A stretch of 64,000 bases of DNA. Source: Thermoproteota archaeon. GTDB taxonomy: Archaea > Korarchaeota > Korarchaeia > Korarchaeales > Korarchaeaceae. The stretch lies in assembly GCA_027492205.1 (NCBI GenBank), contig JAOZFN010000006.1, positions 103,369 through 167,368 of the forward strand, in the 5' to 3' direction. The position numbers were made by a program, and so were the translations under genes. The notes beneath the pieces were generated by a model. That model did no database searches and was not told the DNA's origin. It worked only from the letters and a program-made list of their open reading frames with translations. Every line of letters begins with the position of its first letter. Within the stretch, counting starts at the first letter, position 1. Positions 40,299 to 50,035 of the stretch are shown here, piece after piece.

Positions 40299-42518
40299 TC
40301 ACAGGCGGTCGATGTAGTCCTCCGCTCTCGGGAGCTCCTCCTTCATGCCCTTCCTTCTCCTGATCTCTAGGATCACCTGCTCCATCAGGGACTTCGGCAG
40401 GGGTTCCCAGTGGGAGAACTTCGTCTGCCAGAAGGCCCTTCCGCCGGTGACGCTCCTCATCTCGTTGCTGAAGTCGCCGAGGGTCTCCCTGACGGGTATG
40501 TAGCCCTTGACCACGCTGATCCTTCCCCTCTCCTCTACCCCGGAGACCTTGCCCCTCTTCTGCGAGAGGAGGCCTATTACACTCCCTATCAGCTCTGGAG
40601 GGACGGTCACTTGGATCTCGTAGACCGGCTCCAGCAGGACCGGGTCGTCGCTGAGCATGGCGCCGAATATCGCCCTCCTGATCGCCGGCACCAGCTGGGC
40701 CGGACCTCTGTGGGCCGGATCCTCGTGAATCATAGCGTTGACCAGCCTTATGACGAGCCCCATAGACGGCTCCCCGGCGAGCGGGCCCTCCTTCATGGCC
40801 CACATGAAGCCCTGCTTCAGGATCTCCCTGACCTCGTCGAGCCTCTGGACTCCGACGGTCCTGTTGATGAACAGGTTGTAGTTCTCCTCGTCGATCTTCC
40901 AGACGTTCCTGGCGTCGTCGGTCTCCATGCCGCCCTCCTCCCTCAGGATCTTGGCGATGGACCTGCTGTCCATCCTCTCGTGGATCCTCTTCTCCCTGAT
41001 GAGCTCGGTGACCTTCTCCGGCAGCCTCTCGGCGGTGACCCAGAGCCTGTTGAGCTTGTTGGGGGACTTGGCCAGCACGGGCTCCGGCGAGGACGACTTC
41101 ATGCTCTCCCTGTAGACGACGGTTGGCTCGCTGACCTCGAACTCGAGGCCGGACTTCTTGATGTCGTAGAGAGACACCTCCAGGTGGAGTGCGCCGGTAC
41201 CCTTCAGGAGGATCTCGCCCGTCTCGGTGTTGTGGATCAGGATCAGGTTCGGGTCTTGGAGCGTGAGCTTCCTGAGGGCGTCCACCAGCTTGGGCAGGTC
41301 GGACGGCCTCTTGGCCTCTATGGCCACGGTGACGACCGGCTCAGTGACGTAGTGCATGGCCTCAAAGCCCTCTTGGACCCTCTCCCTGATCGATGGCACG
41401 ACCAGGGTCTCGCCGGAGCTGGCGGCGTCCACGCCGAGCAGGGCGGCTATGTTCCCAGCCGGGATCCGCTCCATCCTGACCCTGTACGGGCCCATGTAGA
41501 TGGCGGTCTGCTGTATCCTCTGGGTCTTCTTGGCGTTGAGCAGGTAGACCTCCTGGCCCTCTCCGACGGTCCCGCTGAACACCCTCCCGGTGACCACCAC
41601 GCCGGCGTGCGGGTCGAGCTTGGCGGCGTTGACTCCTATGATTAGCGGCCCGTTGGGGTCGCACTTCTTCAGGGCTTCGAGGATCTCCTCGTCGTGCTTA
41701 TCCTTCCATATCCTGTCGATTCTGTACTGCTGGGCCTCTATCGGGCTGGGGACGTGCTTCACGACCATCTCTAGGATGGCCTCGTGCACCGGGAGTTCGT
41801 GCTTGAGCCTGACGTGGTCGTCCTCTGCGTAGGCCTTCAGGATCTCGCCGAAGGTGACGCCCTTCCTCTTGGAGATGGACGCGTTGAGGCCCCAGCCGTG
41901 GAGCCCAGAGCCGAGGGCCACGGTGTCGTTCTCCCATCTGACCTTCCACTTGTCCCTGAACTCCGGCTCCGCGTAGGCCTCGATGAGGTCGTTGAACTGG
42001 GTGATGATCCTGGCGATCTTCTTCTGGGTCTCCTGGGGGGTCAGCCTCAGCTCCTTGATGAGCCTGTCGACCTTGTTGATGAACAGCAGCGGCCGAACCC
42101 TCTCCTCCAGGGCCTGCCTGGTCACGGTCTCGGTCTGGACCATGACCTCCTCAACCGCGTCGACCACGACTATGGCGCCGTCTATCACCCTCAGCGACCT
42201 AGTGACGTGCCCCGTGAAGTCTATGTGGCCAGGGGTGTCCACCATGTTGATGGCAAACTCCCTCCCCTCGTACTTGTAGTACAGAGAGACGTTCGCGGCC
42301 TTTATCGTGATTCCCCTGGCCTGCTCTAGCTCGTGGTAGTCGAGCCACCTCATCTCGCCCGCCATCTTCGTGCTGATCATGCCGGCTGAGGAGAGGAGGT
42401 TGTCAGAGAGCGTCGTCTTGCCGTGGTCTATGTGGGCGATGATCCCAATGTTCTTTATGTTCCGGGGGTCCATCATCAGGCCCTGGAGGTGCTCTACGAT
42501 CTTCTTGTACTTCTGCAA
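40299..42518 (-). CDS. fusA: Elongation factor 2 (aEF-2)
   Basis: AHIDHGKTT, RGITI, DTPGH, NKVD, intact diphthamide loop HEDPAHRGPAQ. Confidence 0.97.
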   Translation of the reverse strand: MQKYKKIVEHLQGLMMDPRNIKNIGIIAHIDHGKTTLSDNLLSSAGMISTKMAGEMRWLDYHELEQARGITIKAANVSLYYKYEGREFAINMVDTPGHIDFTGHVTRSLRVIDGAIVVVDAVEEVMVQTETVTRQALEERVRPLLFINKVDRLIKELRLTPQETQKKIARIITQFNDLIEAYAEPEFRDKWKVRWENDTVALGSGLHGWGLNASISKRKGVTFGEILKAYAEDDHVRLKHELPVHEAILEMVVKHVPSPIEAQQYRIDRIWKDKHDEEILEALKKCDPNGPLIIGVNAAKLDPHAGVVVTGRVFSGTVGEGQEVYLLNAKKTQRIQQTAIYMGPYRVRMERIPAGNIAALLGVDAASSGETLVVPSIRERVQEGFEAMHYVTEPVVTVAIEAKRPSDLPKLVDALRKLTLQDPNLILIHNTETGEILLKGTGALHLEVSLYDIKKSGLEFEVSEPTVVYRESMKSSSPEPVLAKSPNKLNRLWVTAERLPEKVTELIREKRIHERMDSRSIAKILREEGGMETDDARNVWKIDEENYNLFINRTVGVQRLDEVREILKQGFMWAMKEGPLAGEPSMGLVIRLVNAMIHEDPAHRGPAQLVPAIRRAIFGAMLSDDPVLLEPVYEIQVTVPPELIGSVIGLLSQKRGKVSGVEERGRISVVKGYIPVRETLGDFSNEMRSVTGGRAFWQTKFSHWEPLPKSLMEQVILEIRRRKGMKEELPRAEDYIDRL

Positions 42519-42634
42519 CGCCTTTTCACCCTTCCAAGGCCAGCCCGCGCGCCTGCGTTAAAAAAGAATGCCCCCGCCGCCGGGAGACGCGGGCCTATTA
42601 TATAGGCCCGGGCGCCCCTTCCGCGGTGGATTGA

Positions 42635-43912
42635 TTGGCGGGCCTCGCTGGAAGGGAGAGGAGCCTCGAAGTAATCCTCGGCCTCTCCAGGAACCCGTTC
42701 ACGCCCCTAGCCGACTTTGACCCCGAGCTGACGAGGCAGATGTTCGTCCCCCTCGCTCAGGACTCGAGCCTCCACGCGATGGCGAGCGACACGCTGGCCA
42801 GCACCGGGTCGGCGTTCATAGCAGTGGTGGGGGGGCCCGGGATGGGCCGGACGACGCGGCTCAACGTCCTAGCCCACGACTTCTGGGAGTCCGAGGGGGA
42901 GTACATACTCTACGAGGTCAGCCCGCTGGAGGGGCCCGACGCCATAGACGACCTCCTGAGCTTCACTTACGAGCGGAGCAGGGGCATGAGGAAGGCGCTG
43001 AAGAAGCTAGTCCTCGGGATATCCGAGCTGAGCGAGGAGGAGCTGGAGAGGCTGAGGAGATCCCCCGCCAGCGTCGGGGAGGCTCTGGTGGACTACCTCG
43101 ACCCAATAAGGCCAGTCGCCCTCCTCCTTGACGACGCCCACAACATGCTCCTGAGCGGGGACAGGTGGTCCTTCTTCTTCTTCGAGAGCATCAGGGAGCT
43201 CGTGTCCGTGATGCCAGAGGGGATGATGGTCGCCATGACGATAAGCCCCGAAGCCTTCAACGCCCTGAGGAAGAGGCACTCCGCCCTTATATCGAGGATG
43301 CACGACAAGGTGGAGCTCCAGCCGCTGACCGACGACGAGGCCATCCAGATAGTGGAGAAGAGGTTGTCGGCCTTCAGGGTGAGGGAGCCGAGGTTCGACC
43401 TCGATCCGTTAACGCCCGAGGCGGTGGAGACCGCCAACAGGTACGCACGCGGGGTGCCAAAGAGGCTGATGGAGATACTCTCCCAGGCCCTGGAGGCCGC
43501 CGTGGCCTTGAGGAGGACTACCGTCACCGAGGTCATTGTGGACGACGTGATGGAGCCCGAGAAGCCCTTCTTGGACTTCCTAGACAGAGTGCCGGAGAGG
43601 TACAGGCGGGAGGTTGAAACTCTGATGAGGGACTTCGGCGGCGGTCCAACGACCCTCGAGAAGCTGGCGCTCGCGACGGAGGTTCCGGTGGACGAGGAGT
43701 ACAGGAGGCTGGAGACTCTGGTTGCCGCCGGGTACCTCTCCAAGGACGCGGCGGGCATGTACTACATACCCAAGGAGGTGCTGGAGGCGGGAGGAGCGCG
43801 CGAGGAGCCCTCGAAGAGAAAACCCGGCAAGGCTCCTCCGAAGGGGGACAAAAGGACCAGGAGAGTCTCTAAGTCCATAGAGAAGATTCTCAGGAGGTCC
43901 AGGAGGCGCTGA
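42635..43912 (+). CDS. AAA+ ATPase with C-terminal winged helix (Cdc6/Orc1-like architecture, divergent)
   Basis: NPF, GGPGMGRTT, LLLDDA, G.PKRL, wHTH-like LETLV..GYL. Confidence 0.65.
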   Translation: MAGLAGRERSLEVILGLSRNPFTPLADFDPELTRQMFVPLAQDSSLHAMASDTLASTGSAFIAVVGGPGMGRTTRLNVLAHDFWESEGEYILYEVSPLEGPDAIDDLLSFTYERSRGMRKALKKLVLGISELSEEELERLRRSPASVGEALVDYLDPIRPVALLLDDAHNMLLSGDRWSFFFFESIRELVSVMPEGMMVAMTISPEAFNALRKRHSALISRMHDKVELQPLTDDEAIQIVEKRLSAFRVREPRFDLDPLTPEAVETANRYARGVPKRLMEILSQALEAAVALRRTTVTEVIVDDVMEPEKPFLDFLDRVPERYRREVETLMRDFGGGPTTLEKLALATEVPVDEEYRRLETLVAAGYLSKDAAGMYYIPKEVLEAGGAREEPSKRKPGKAPPKGDKRTRRVSKSIEKILRRSRRR

Positions 43913-43972
43913 GACTCCGTGGGATAATCTTTTAACGGATTGGGCCAAAGCTTGTCGCGGTGACGTGCGTCC

Positions 43973-44668
43973 ATGCCTGAGGGGAGGGAGATAATCCAGG
44001 GAGCCATCTCTGAGGGCAGGAAGGTCCTACTCGAGCCAGAGGCCAAGGCCCTCATCGCTGACTACGGCATCCCCGTGACCAGGGTGAAGGTCGCCAAGAC
44101 CGAGGAGGATGCCGTCCAGTTCGCCAGGGAGATCGGCCTCCCGGTCGTCCTCAAGATAGTCTCCCCAGACGTCCTCCACAAGAGCGACGTGGGCGGCGTG
44201 AAGGTGAACCTGAGGACGGAGGAGGAGGTCAGGAGGGCCTACAGGGAGATAATAGAGTCCGTCAAGTCGAAGGTCCCGAATGCCAGGATCGTGGGAGTCC
44301 TCATCCAGGAGTTCGCCCCGGCGGGCGTCGAGGTGATAATAGGCCTCATCAAGGACCCGCAGTTCGGCCCAACGGTCATGTTCGGTCTCGGAGGCGTGTT
44401 CGTGGAGGTCTTCAGGGACGTGTCCTTCAGGGTCGCGCCGCTGACCGAGAGGGACGCAGAGGAGATGATCAGCGAGATAAGGGGCAGAAAGCTCTTAGAG
44501 GGCTACAGGGGAATGGAGCCCGTCGACAAGAAGGCTCTCGTAGACGCGCTGGTGAAGGTGGGCCAGATAGGGGTCGAGAACCCCGAGATAAAGGAGATGG
44601 ACCTCAACCCGGTTATGGCTTACCCGAGCGGCCTTAAAGTGGTGGACGCCAGGGTCATACTGGGGTGA
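43973..44668 (+). CDS. Acetate--CoA ligase (ADP-forming) beta subunit
   Basis: PVVLKIVSP...HKSDVGGV, DPQFGP.VMFGLGG.FVE, DLNP, VDAR. Confidence 0.92.
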   Translation: MPEGREIIQGAISEGRKVLLEPEAKALIADYGIPVTRVKVAKTEEDAVQFAREIGLPVVLKIVSPDVLHKSDVGGVKVNLRTEEEVRRAYREIIESVKSKVPNARIVGVLIQEFAPAGVEVIIGLIKDPQFGPTVMFGLGGVFVEVFRDVSFRVAPLTERDAEEMISEIRGRKLLEGYRGMEPVDKKALVDALVKVGQIGVENPEIKEMDLNPVMAYPSGLKVVDARVILG

Positions 44669-44672
44669 TGCC

Positions 44673-44882
44673 TTGGCGAGGAGGGTGTCGGAGCTATACG
44701 ACTTGGAGGTCTACACCACCGACGGCAAGTTCATAGGCACGGTGGACGACATAGTGTTCGACGACGCCGGGGGTCGCCTCGCCGCCATAATCGTGGCGCT
44801 GGACGAGAAGGGCAAGGAGAGGAGGACGATCCCCTACTCAGCCATAAGGGCCTGCGCCGACATAATCCTCGTGTCGGTGTGA
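44673..44882 (+). CDS. PRC-barrel domain protein
   Basis: L...EVYT.DG..IG.V.D...D, IPY..I....DI.LV. Confidence 0.85.
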   Translation: MARRVSELYDLEVYTTDGKFIGTVDDIVFDDAGGRLAAIIVALDEKGKERRTIPYSAIRACADIILVSV

Positions 44883-44994
44883 GTCGGCCCCCAGCGGCGA
44901 ACCTTTTTAATCTCCTAACACCGGCCCGATCCGAGCACGCTTGGTGGCGAGCGATCTCTCAGGCAACGCAACAGCTGAGAGAGGAGGAGCCCCC

Positions 44995-45909
44995 ATGGGA
45001 GCAGCACAGGCGCAGGATCTTGACGATCTCCGGCGTAGGGTTGAAGACCTTAGAGCGAAACTTCTCTCCATCCGGGACGAGAGGAGGGCCATAATCGAGG
45101 ACCTGAAGGGCCTCAGGGAGAAGAGGAGGGAGCTCATCGAGCAGGTGCGAAGCAAGAGAGCCAAGATAAGGAATCTAATCGAGGAGAGAAAGAAGATCAG
45201 GGAAGAGGTCGAGAAGCTCTTCGAGGAGAGGAGGAAGGTCATCGAGGAGTACCGAAAGGCCAAGAAGGAGGCCACCGAGATAAAGAACAGGTACGAGAGC
45301 CTCATGGCGGAGGTCGGAGTCCCAGAGAGGGTACTGAGGAGGAGGATAGCGGCCCTGGAGAGGCGGATCGAGACCCAGCCCCTCTCGAGGGACGCGGAGA
45401 GGGACCTGGTGGTGAGGATAAGCCACTTGGAGGCCCAGCTCCAGACTCTCATGGAGGCCAAGAAGCTCAAGAGGAGATACATCGAGATCATGGCCGAGGC
45501 GGAGAGGTGGAGGTTCTTCATCAGGGACACTGGAGAGAAGATCAAGGAGCTCAAGGCTAAGATCTCGGAGATCAACGGCGAGATCTCGGAGTTGATCAAG
45601 GAGCTCGACGAGATAAGGCCTCAGATAGACGAGCTCAGCAAGGAGATAGAGGAGAAGAGCGGCAAGGTTGACGAGATGAAGGCCCAGATGGACGAGCTGT
45701 TCCAGCAGATAACGCAGACTAGGGAGTTCCTCAAGAAGGCCTACGAGGACATGCAGGCCGCCGCCAGGCTGACGGAGGAGCAGATCAAGACCAGGCTCGC
45801 CCAGGAGGCCCTGGAGAAGTACAAGGCCGGCGAGAAGCTGACACTGGAGGAGCTCAGGGCCCTCATGGAGGCGGGCCTCCTCGAGGGGAGCCCGGCGTCC
45901 TCCAGCTAG
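44995..45909 (+). CDS. Archaeal coiled-coil protein (COG1340-like)
   Basis: Heptad-rich E/K/R sequence, LE..I.T..L....E..LV, K...G.KLT.EEL. Confidence 0.8.
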   Translation: MGAAQAQDLDDLRRRVEDLRAKLLSIRDERRAIIEDLKGLREKRRELIEQVRSKRAKIRNLIEERKKIREEVEKLFEERRKVIEEYRKAKKEATEIKNRYESLMAEVGVPERVLRRRIAALERRIETQPLSRDAERDLVVRISHLEAQLQTLMEAKKLKRRYIEIMAEAERWRFFIRDTGEKIKELKAKISEINGEISELIKELDEIRPQIDELSKEIEEKSGKVDEMKAQMDELFQQITQTREFLKKAYEDMQAAARLTEEQIKTRLAQEALEKYKAGEKLTLEELRALMEAGLLEGSPASSS

Positions 45910-45963
45910 CCTCGCCTCAACCCACATTTTTAATTCCCGGGCGCCCGGGGACACGCGATAGGA

Positions 45964-47061
45964 TTGGTCACCAGGGGCCCCGAGGGAACTCCACGACGAG
46001 TGCTCATCTTGTGCGTCGACCGAGACGACGATCTCGGCCTGAAGACCGGCCTGAGGGGCCCCGTGGTCGGCGTTGAGGCCAACACGGAGGCTGCGACGAG
46101 GCTCGCGCTCGCCGACCCTCAGGAGGCCGACGCGAACGCCATATTCGGGGCCGTCAAGGTGGCCGAAGAGGTAAAGCGGGAGCTGCCGGAGGCCGAGGTG
46201 CTGTTGGCCACCATAACCGGGCACCACACCAGCGAGCTGATCGCGGACCAGGAGATCATCAGGCAGATGGCCGAGGTGACCTCCACGTTCCGGCCGGATC
46301 ACGCCATCCTGGTCTCTGACGGCGTCGACGACGAGAGGGTCATCCCCCTCCTCCTCAAGTTCGTGCCGACGATAAGCGTCAGGCGCATCGTGGTTCAGCA
46401 GAGCCCGCAGCTGGAGGAGACGTACCTCCTCATAAGGAGGTACATAGAGAGGCTGCTCGAGAGCCCGGAGGCCAGGGCTTACGCCCTGGGCATACCCGGC
46501 GCGCTCCTGGCGCTGGCCGGGATTCTGTCGCTGCTGAACCTCCAGAGGTACCTCACAACTGGATTCATACTCTTCCTGGGAGTACTCTTGATGGAGAAGG
46601 GATTTTCGATCACTGGCAGGATCGTGAAGGCCATTAAGTACTTTGGCGGGGCTACCGGTATCTTCTCGCTGTTCTTCGGGCTTACTGGTATAGCCGTCAG
46701 CGCGTTCCAGGCCTACAGGACGGCTTCAAGCATGATTGAAAGCAACCCTGCGAGCGTGGTCATCGGGACCGTGCTGAGGGACACGTCCCACCTGTTCTTC
46801 CTCTTCACCTCCGCAGCCTTCCTGGGGAGCGCAATAGAATCGTATGCGATGAAGCGCGGAGACTACGTGGAGAAGCTACTGGCCGTGCCAGTATCCTTCT
46901 CCGCGTGGCTAGTGGCCTACTACGCGGGCGAGTACCTGCTCGGAAGGATAGGCGCGGTCGTGCTCGCCCTGGGGCTAACAGCATCCCTTCTATTCTCAAT
47001 AGCCTCACTCTTCTTCCTCAGGGCCCTCGTAGGAAGAGGAAGGAGATCCCACGGTGAATGA
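45964..47061 (+). CDS. DUF373 family membrane protein
   Basis: LCVDRDDDLG, DP..D.N..F, VSDG.DDE, VVQQS..LE.TY. Confidence 0.88.
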   Translation: MVTRGPEGTPRRVLILCVDRDDDLGLKTGLRGPVVGVEANTEAATRLALADPQEADANAIFGAVKVAEEVKRELPEAEVLLATITGHHTSELIADQEIIRQMAEVTSTFRPDHAILVSDGVDDERVIPLLLKFVPTISVRRIVVQQSPQLEETYLLIRRYIERLLESPEARAYALGIPGALLALAGILSLLNLQRYLTTGFILFLGVLLMEKGFSITGRIVKAIKYFGGATGIFSLFFGLTGIAVSAFQAYRTASSMIESNPASVVIGTVLRDTSHLFFLFTSAAFLGSAIESYAMKRGDYVEKLLAVPVSFSAWLVAYYAGEYLLGRIGAVVLALGLTASLLFSIASLFFLRALVGRGRRSHGE

Positions 47062-47511
47062 GGCGTCGGCCGCCTTCCTGAGCGCCACGCTGAAGCCCGG
47101 CTCGGCCCCGATCACCGCAACCTCCTTTCCAGCCTCCTTCGCCCGGTAAACCAGCGGGAGGTAGGCCGCCGACCTCGTTGCGAGGGCCAGGGCGTCTATC
47201 TTGTCGTCGTGTATCGTGTCCATGGCGGCGATCGTGAAGTCGACCTCCGGCTTGCCCGGGGAGATCAGCGCCTTGTAGCCCGCATTCATAACAGCCTCCA
47301 CAAGCTTCTCCGGAGCCTTCCTGTCCAGCACGACCACCTTAACCCTGACGTTCCCCAGATCAGAGGCCACCTTCGAGATTTCCTCGAGGTCAACGCCCAG
47401 CTCCTTCCTAAGCATGTTAGGGCCGTCCACAATTACGGCGACGCGCCTCCTCCTGTGCCTCGACGGAAGTCTGAGCGGAACCCTGGGGACGGAGACGCGG
47501 CGGTGGCTCAT
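47005..47511 (-). CDS. NYN-domain protein (TIGR00288)
   Basis: VDGPNMLRKE, KLVEAV...G, KE.GK....IG.EPGFS.AL..AAD. Confidence 0.88.
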   Translation of the reverse strand: MSHRRVSVPRVPLRLPSRHRRRRVAVIVDGPNMLRKELGVDLEEISKVASDLGNVRVKVVVLDRKAPEKLVEAVMNAGYKALISPGKPEVDFTIAAMDTIHDDKIDALALATRSAAYLPLVYRAKEAGKEVAVIGAEPGFSVALRKAADASFTVGSPSSSYEGPEEEE

Positions 47512-47608
47512 CGGACCTCCCCTCTTCTGGACCTAATTAACGGTTGGCCCGTCGCCCGCGCAAACTAGATTAATCGCCACGCCCGTGAGACGCACCCGAG
47601 GGATAGAG

Positions 47609-47935
47609 TTGATCTGCCCGAAATGCGGGGCCCTGATGTCGCCGAGGGTCGAGGACGGCAAGGTCGTGTTCAAGTGCCCCAGGTGCGGGTACGAGGGGAC
47701 TGAGGGTAGAGCTCTCAACATCACCAGGAGGGTGTCCGCGGGCCCAGAGAACAAGGTGGTCGTGATAGAGCACCCAGAGGAACTCATCTCCCTCCCCAAG
47801 GTCAAGGCCGTGTGCCCGAAGTGCGGGCACACCGAGGCCTACCTGAGGATAGAGCAGACCAGGTCGGCGGACGAGCCCCCCACCAGGATCTACACCTGCG
47901 TCAAGTGCAAGTACACCTGGCGGGAATACTCCTAA
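47609..47935 (+). CDS. tfs: Transcription factor S
   Basis: Two Zn ribbons; QTRSADEP.T..Y.C.KC...WREY. Confidence 0.95.
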   Translation: MICPKCGALMSPRVEDGKVVFKCPRCGYEGTEGRALNITRRVSAGPENKVVVIEHPEELISLPKVKAVCPKCGHTEAYLRIEQTRSADEPPTRIYTCVKCKYTWREYS

Positions 47936-48620
47936 TTGTTAGTATTATCTCCTCCCAGTGACCGCCCGGAAGGCCTGAGTTGGCCTCCATCCACGTAAAC
48001 GTAGTCGTCCGCCACCTTAACCCCCTGCCATCCCGCGAGCTCAGAGCTGGTCGCCGTGACCCTAGTGTAGCCGTGGTAGGTTCCGCTCTGGGAGACGCTC
48101 CATGTAAGCGCCCTCCGCCTCAAGGTTCTGGAGGTAGGCTTCCGCTTTAGACCGACAGAGAGAGGGGAGATCCCGGTAGCAGTAGGTGCAGCTCCACCTA
48201 TTCTTGGACTTCACGGTCCCCAGGTTCGCGCTCTTGTCCTCCCAGGCGAAGTAGCCTCCGGGTGGCATGACCTCAGCCACGGAGTCCCTCCAGCTCCCCG
48301 TCTTGTTCAGGGTGACTCCATATTGCTTCCAGACGTTCCCGCTGGGGTCGTAGATCGTGATGGTGACGTTCCTCTCGCTGCTGTGGACGTCTATGGTCAC
48401 GGAGTCGAGTCTGCCCACCAGGTCTGGGTAGACCTCGACGTCGATGAACGCGCTCTCCCCCTGGGCGGTTATGTTGGACGTGTCAGCTCCTCCATCAGCC
48501 TGCGCGGTGACGTTGGCCTGTCCCCCTGGGGGGAGATCGACGTCCACGGTTATCGTGGCCTGCCCACCGGCAGGGAGGAAGACCTGGGTTGGCGTGACGC
48601 TCACGACGTTTATCCGTCGT
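47932..48620 (-). pseudogene. Truncated, frameshifted remnant of a beta-rich surface protein gene
   Basis: Thr/Val/Asn-rich ORF 48062-48604 with several NxT sequons, no signal peptide and an in-frame TGA just upstream; similar composition continues in another frame (47932-48123). Confidence 0.5.
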
Positions 48621-48651
48621 CATTTCGCTGAGAGGGAAGAGGAGAAGCCTA

Positions 48652-48778
48652 TTATAACGGCCGTTCTAAAAGCTCGGAGATCGCGCAATTCGCGCGATGT
48701 ATGTAGATCTACGATTAGACTAGCTATCTCTGCGAAAGGGGCTACTTCCTGGCCTACTTGGATCATGTGTAGGTGAGT
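48652..48778 (+). repeat. Left copy of imperfect inverted repeat (pairs with 50235-50361)
   Basis: Ungapped alignment: 68/89 identical over 48652-48740 versus the reverse complement of 50273-50361, then about 20 divergent nt, then GATCATGTG.AG..GAGT conserved. Confidence 0.85.
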
Positions 48779-48862
48779 CCCAATATTTTCTGAGGGCAGG
48801 TTCCACTCAGTACTGGAAGTCCAACCAGAGATCTCACCTCGCTTTCCGGGGGAAGGAGCATC

Positions 48863-49168
48863 TTGGACGACGAGAGTGAGAAGATTAGAGAGGTTCTAAC
48901 GGGGGAGATACTGGAGATTCTACTTGAAATCGATGAGATGAGCGAGGAGGAGCTTGCGGCTGTGGTCGTGAGGACTGTCGCCCGTGCCGCGGTCTACGTA
49001 AAGCTCGTTGAGCTGAAGGCGCGAGAGCAGGGTCTTTTCCCTCTCCCAGAGGAGGCGGAGCGAGCGGTGGAGGTGCTCGCCGGATTCCTTCTCCCCGCCG
49101 CGCTCGGGCGGATCGAGAATTCTAAGGCTCCAAGCAGACGGCCTACGCGTGACCCCCAGCCGAACTAA
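48863..49168 (+). CDS. Small helical hypothetical protein
   Basis: TTG after GGAAGGAG; acidic amphipathic helices; no family recognised. Confidence 0.55.
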   Translation: MDDESEKIREVLTGEILEILLEIDEMSEEELAAVVVRTVARAAVYVKLVELKAREQGLFPLPEEAERAVEVLAGFLLPAALGRIENSKAPSRRPTRDPQPN

Positions 49169-49217
49169 CCCACGTGGGGGGCATTCATAAATTGGATCTG
49201 CCCAGGGGGTTCTGTCG

Positions 49218-49931
49218 TTGGACTACGTGTTTGTGGACGAGTCGGGGGACCCGATGCTGACGAGCAAGGCCACTAGGCACTTCGTCTTAGCTTTCGTCCA
49301 CGTCAGGGGAAGGGACAAGCCGTCGGTGGATAAAGTTCTCTCTAGGATCCTCAAGAGGCTCAAGAGGAGGAATCTGTATCCTCCACAAATGGATGAGCTG
49401 AAGTTCAACCTCCCCAGCAGATCGACCAAGCGGGTTCTCAGCGCCGAGGAGCACAGGCTGTACCTGTCGAAGATGCCCGAGGTTCGGAGGAGAGTTCTGA
49501 GCGTTATCACTACACTCGACGTCAGAATCGGCGTGGTTATAGTGGACAAGTCGAAGGCGTATCCGAGCTGGACGAGCGACAGGCTCTACAACTACATGAT
49601 CGTTCACAACCTGTTTTTCGGCTTCCTTGAACTTGTTCAGCCTGACCCCGAGCTTACCGTGATGGTGGACAAGAGGCTGAGGGGACAGGCCAAGAGGGCC
49701 TTCGACGACTACTCCAGGAGGAAGTACGAGTTCCTCAGGGACTGGGGCTACATCCACTACGAGCTGAACTCCCTGAACATAGAGCACGTTGCGTCGAGCG
49801 AAGAGCCTGGGATCTGGATGGCTGACTTCGTGGCTGGCTCTTACTTCCAGAAGTACGAGAGGGGGAACTCGGAGTACGCGGACATCATAGATCGATCCGG
49901 GAAGAGGATCTACATTGAGGTGAAGTGGTAG
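49218..49931 (+). CDS. DUF3800 family protein (RNase H-like fold predicted)
   Basis: YVFVDESG N-terminus, FVLA, ELKF, DK, S....I..ADFVAG C-terminal motif. Confidence 0.85.
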   Translation: MDYVFVDESGDPMLTSKATRHFVLAFVHVRGRDKPSVDKVLSRILKRLKRRNLYPPQMDELKFNLPSRSTKRVLSAEEHRLYLSKMPEVRRRVLSVITTLDVRIGVVIVDKSKAYPSWTSDRLYNYMIVHNLFFGFLELVQPDPELTVMVDKRLRGQAKRAFDDYSRRKYEFLRDWGYIHYELNSLNIEHVASSEEPGIWMADFVAGSYFQKYERGNSEYADIIDRSGKRIYIEVKW

Positions 49932-49937
49932 CCAGCA

Positions 49938-50035
49938 CAGGGAGGAGGTCATCGCGCCCCGCGGTACTCGTTGGGCTGCGCCTCTCATCCTTTCCCGCGG
50001 AGCCACCCCGTATGGGGTGGGCTTACCGCTCCCCA
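49938..50035 (-). ncRNA. Candidate structured ncRNA abutting the DUF3800 stop codon
   Basis: Closing stem, two internal hairpins and loop complementarity (pseudoknot); G-U pairs and a TTATTTA box about 23 nt upstream favour the minus strand. Confidence 0.6.

Noticed and set aside
40299-42518. EF-2 paralog lacking the diphthamide site
   Set aside because: The HRG loop and G motifs are canonical
49938-50035. Known self-cleaving ribozyme (HDV-like, twister, hammerhead)
   Set aside because: I could not fit the conserved catalytic cores on either strand
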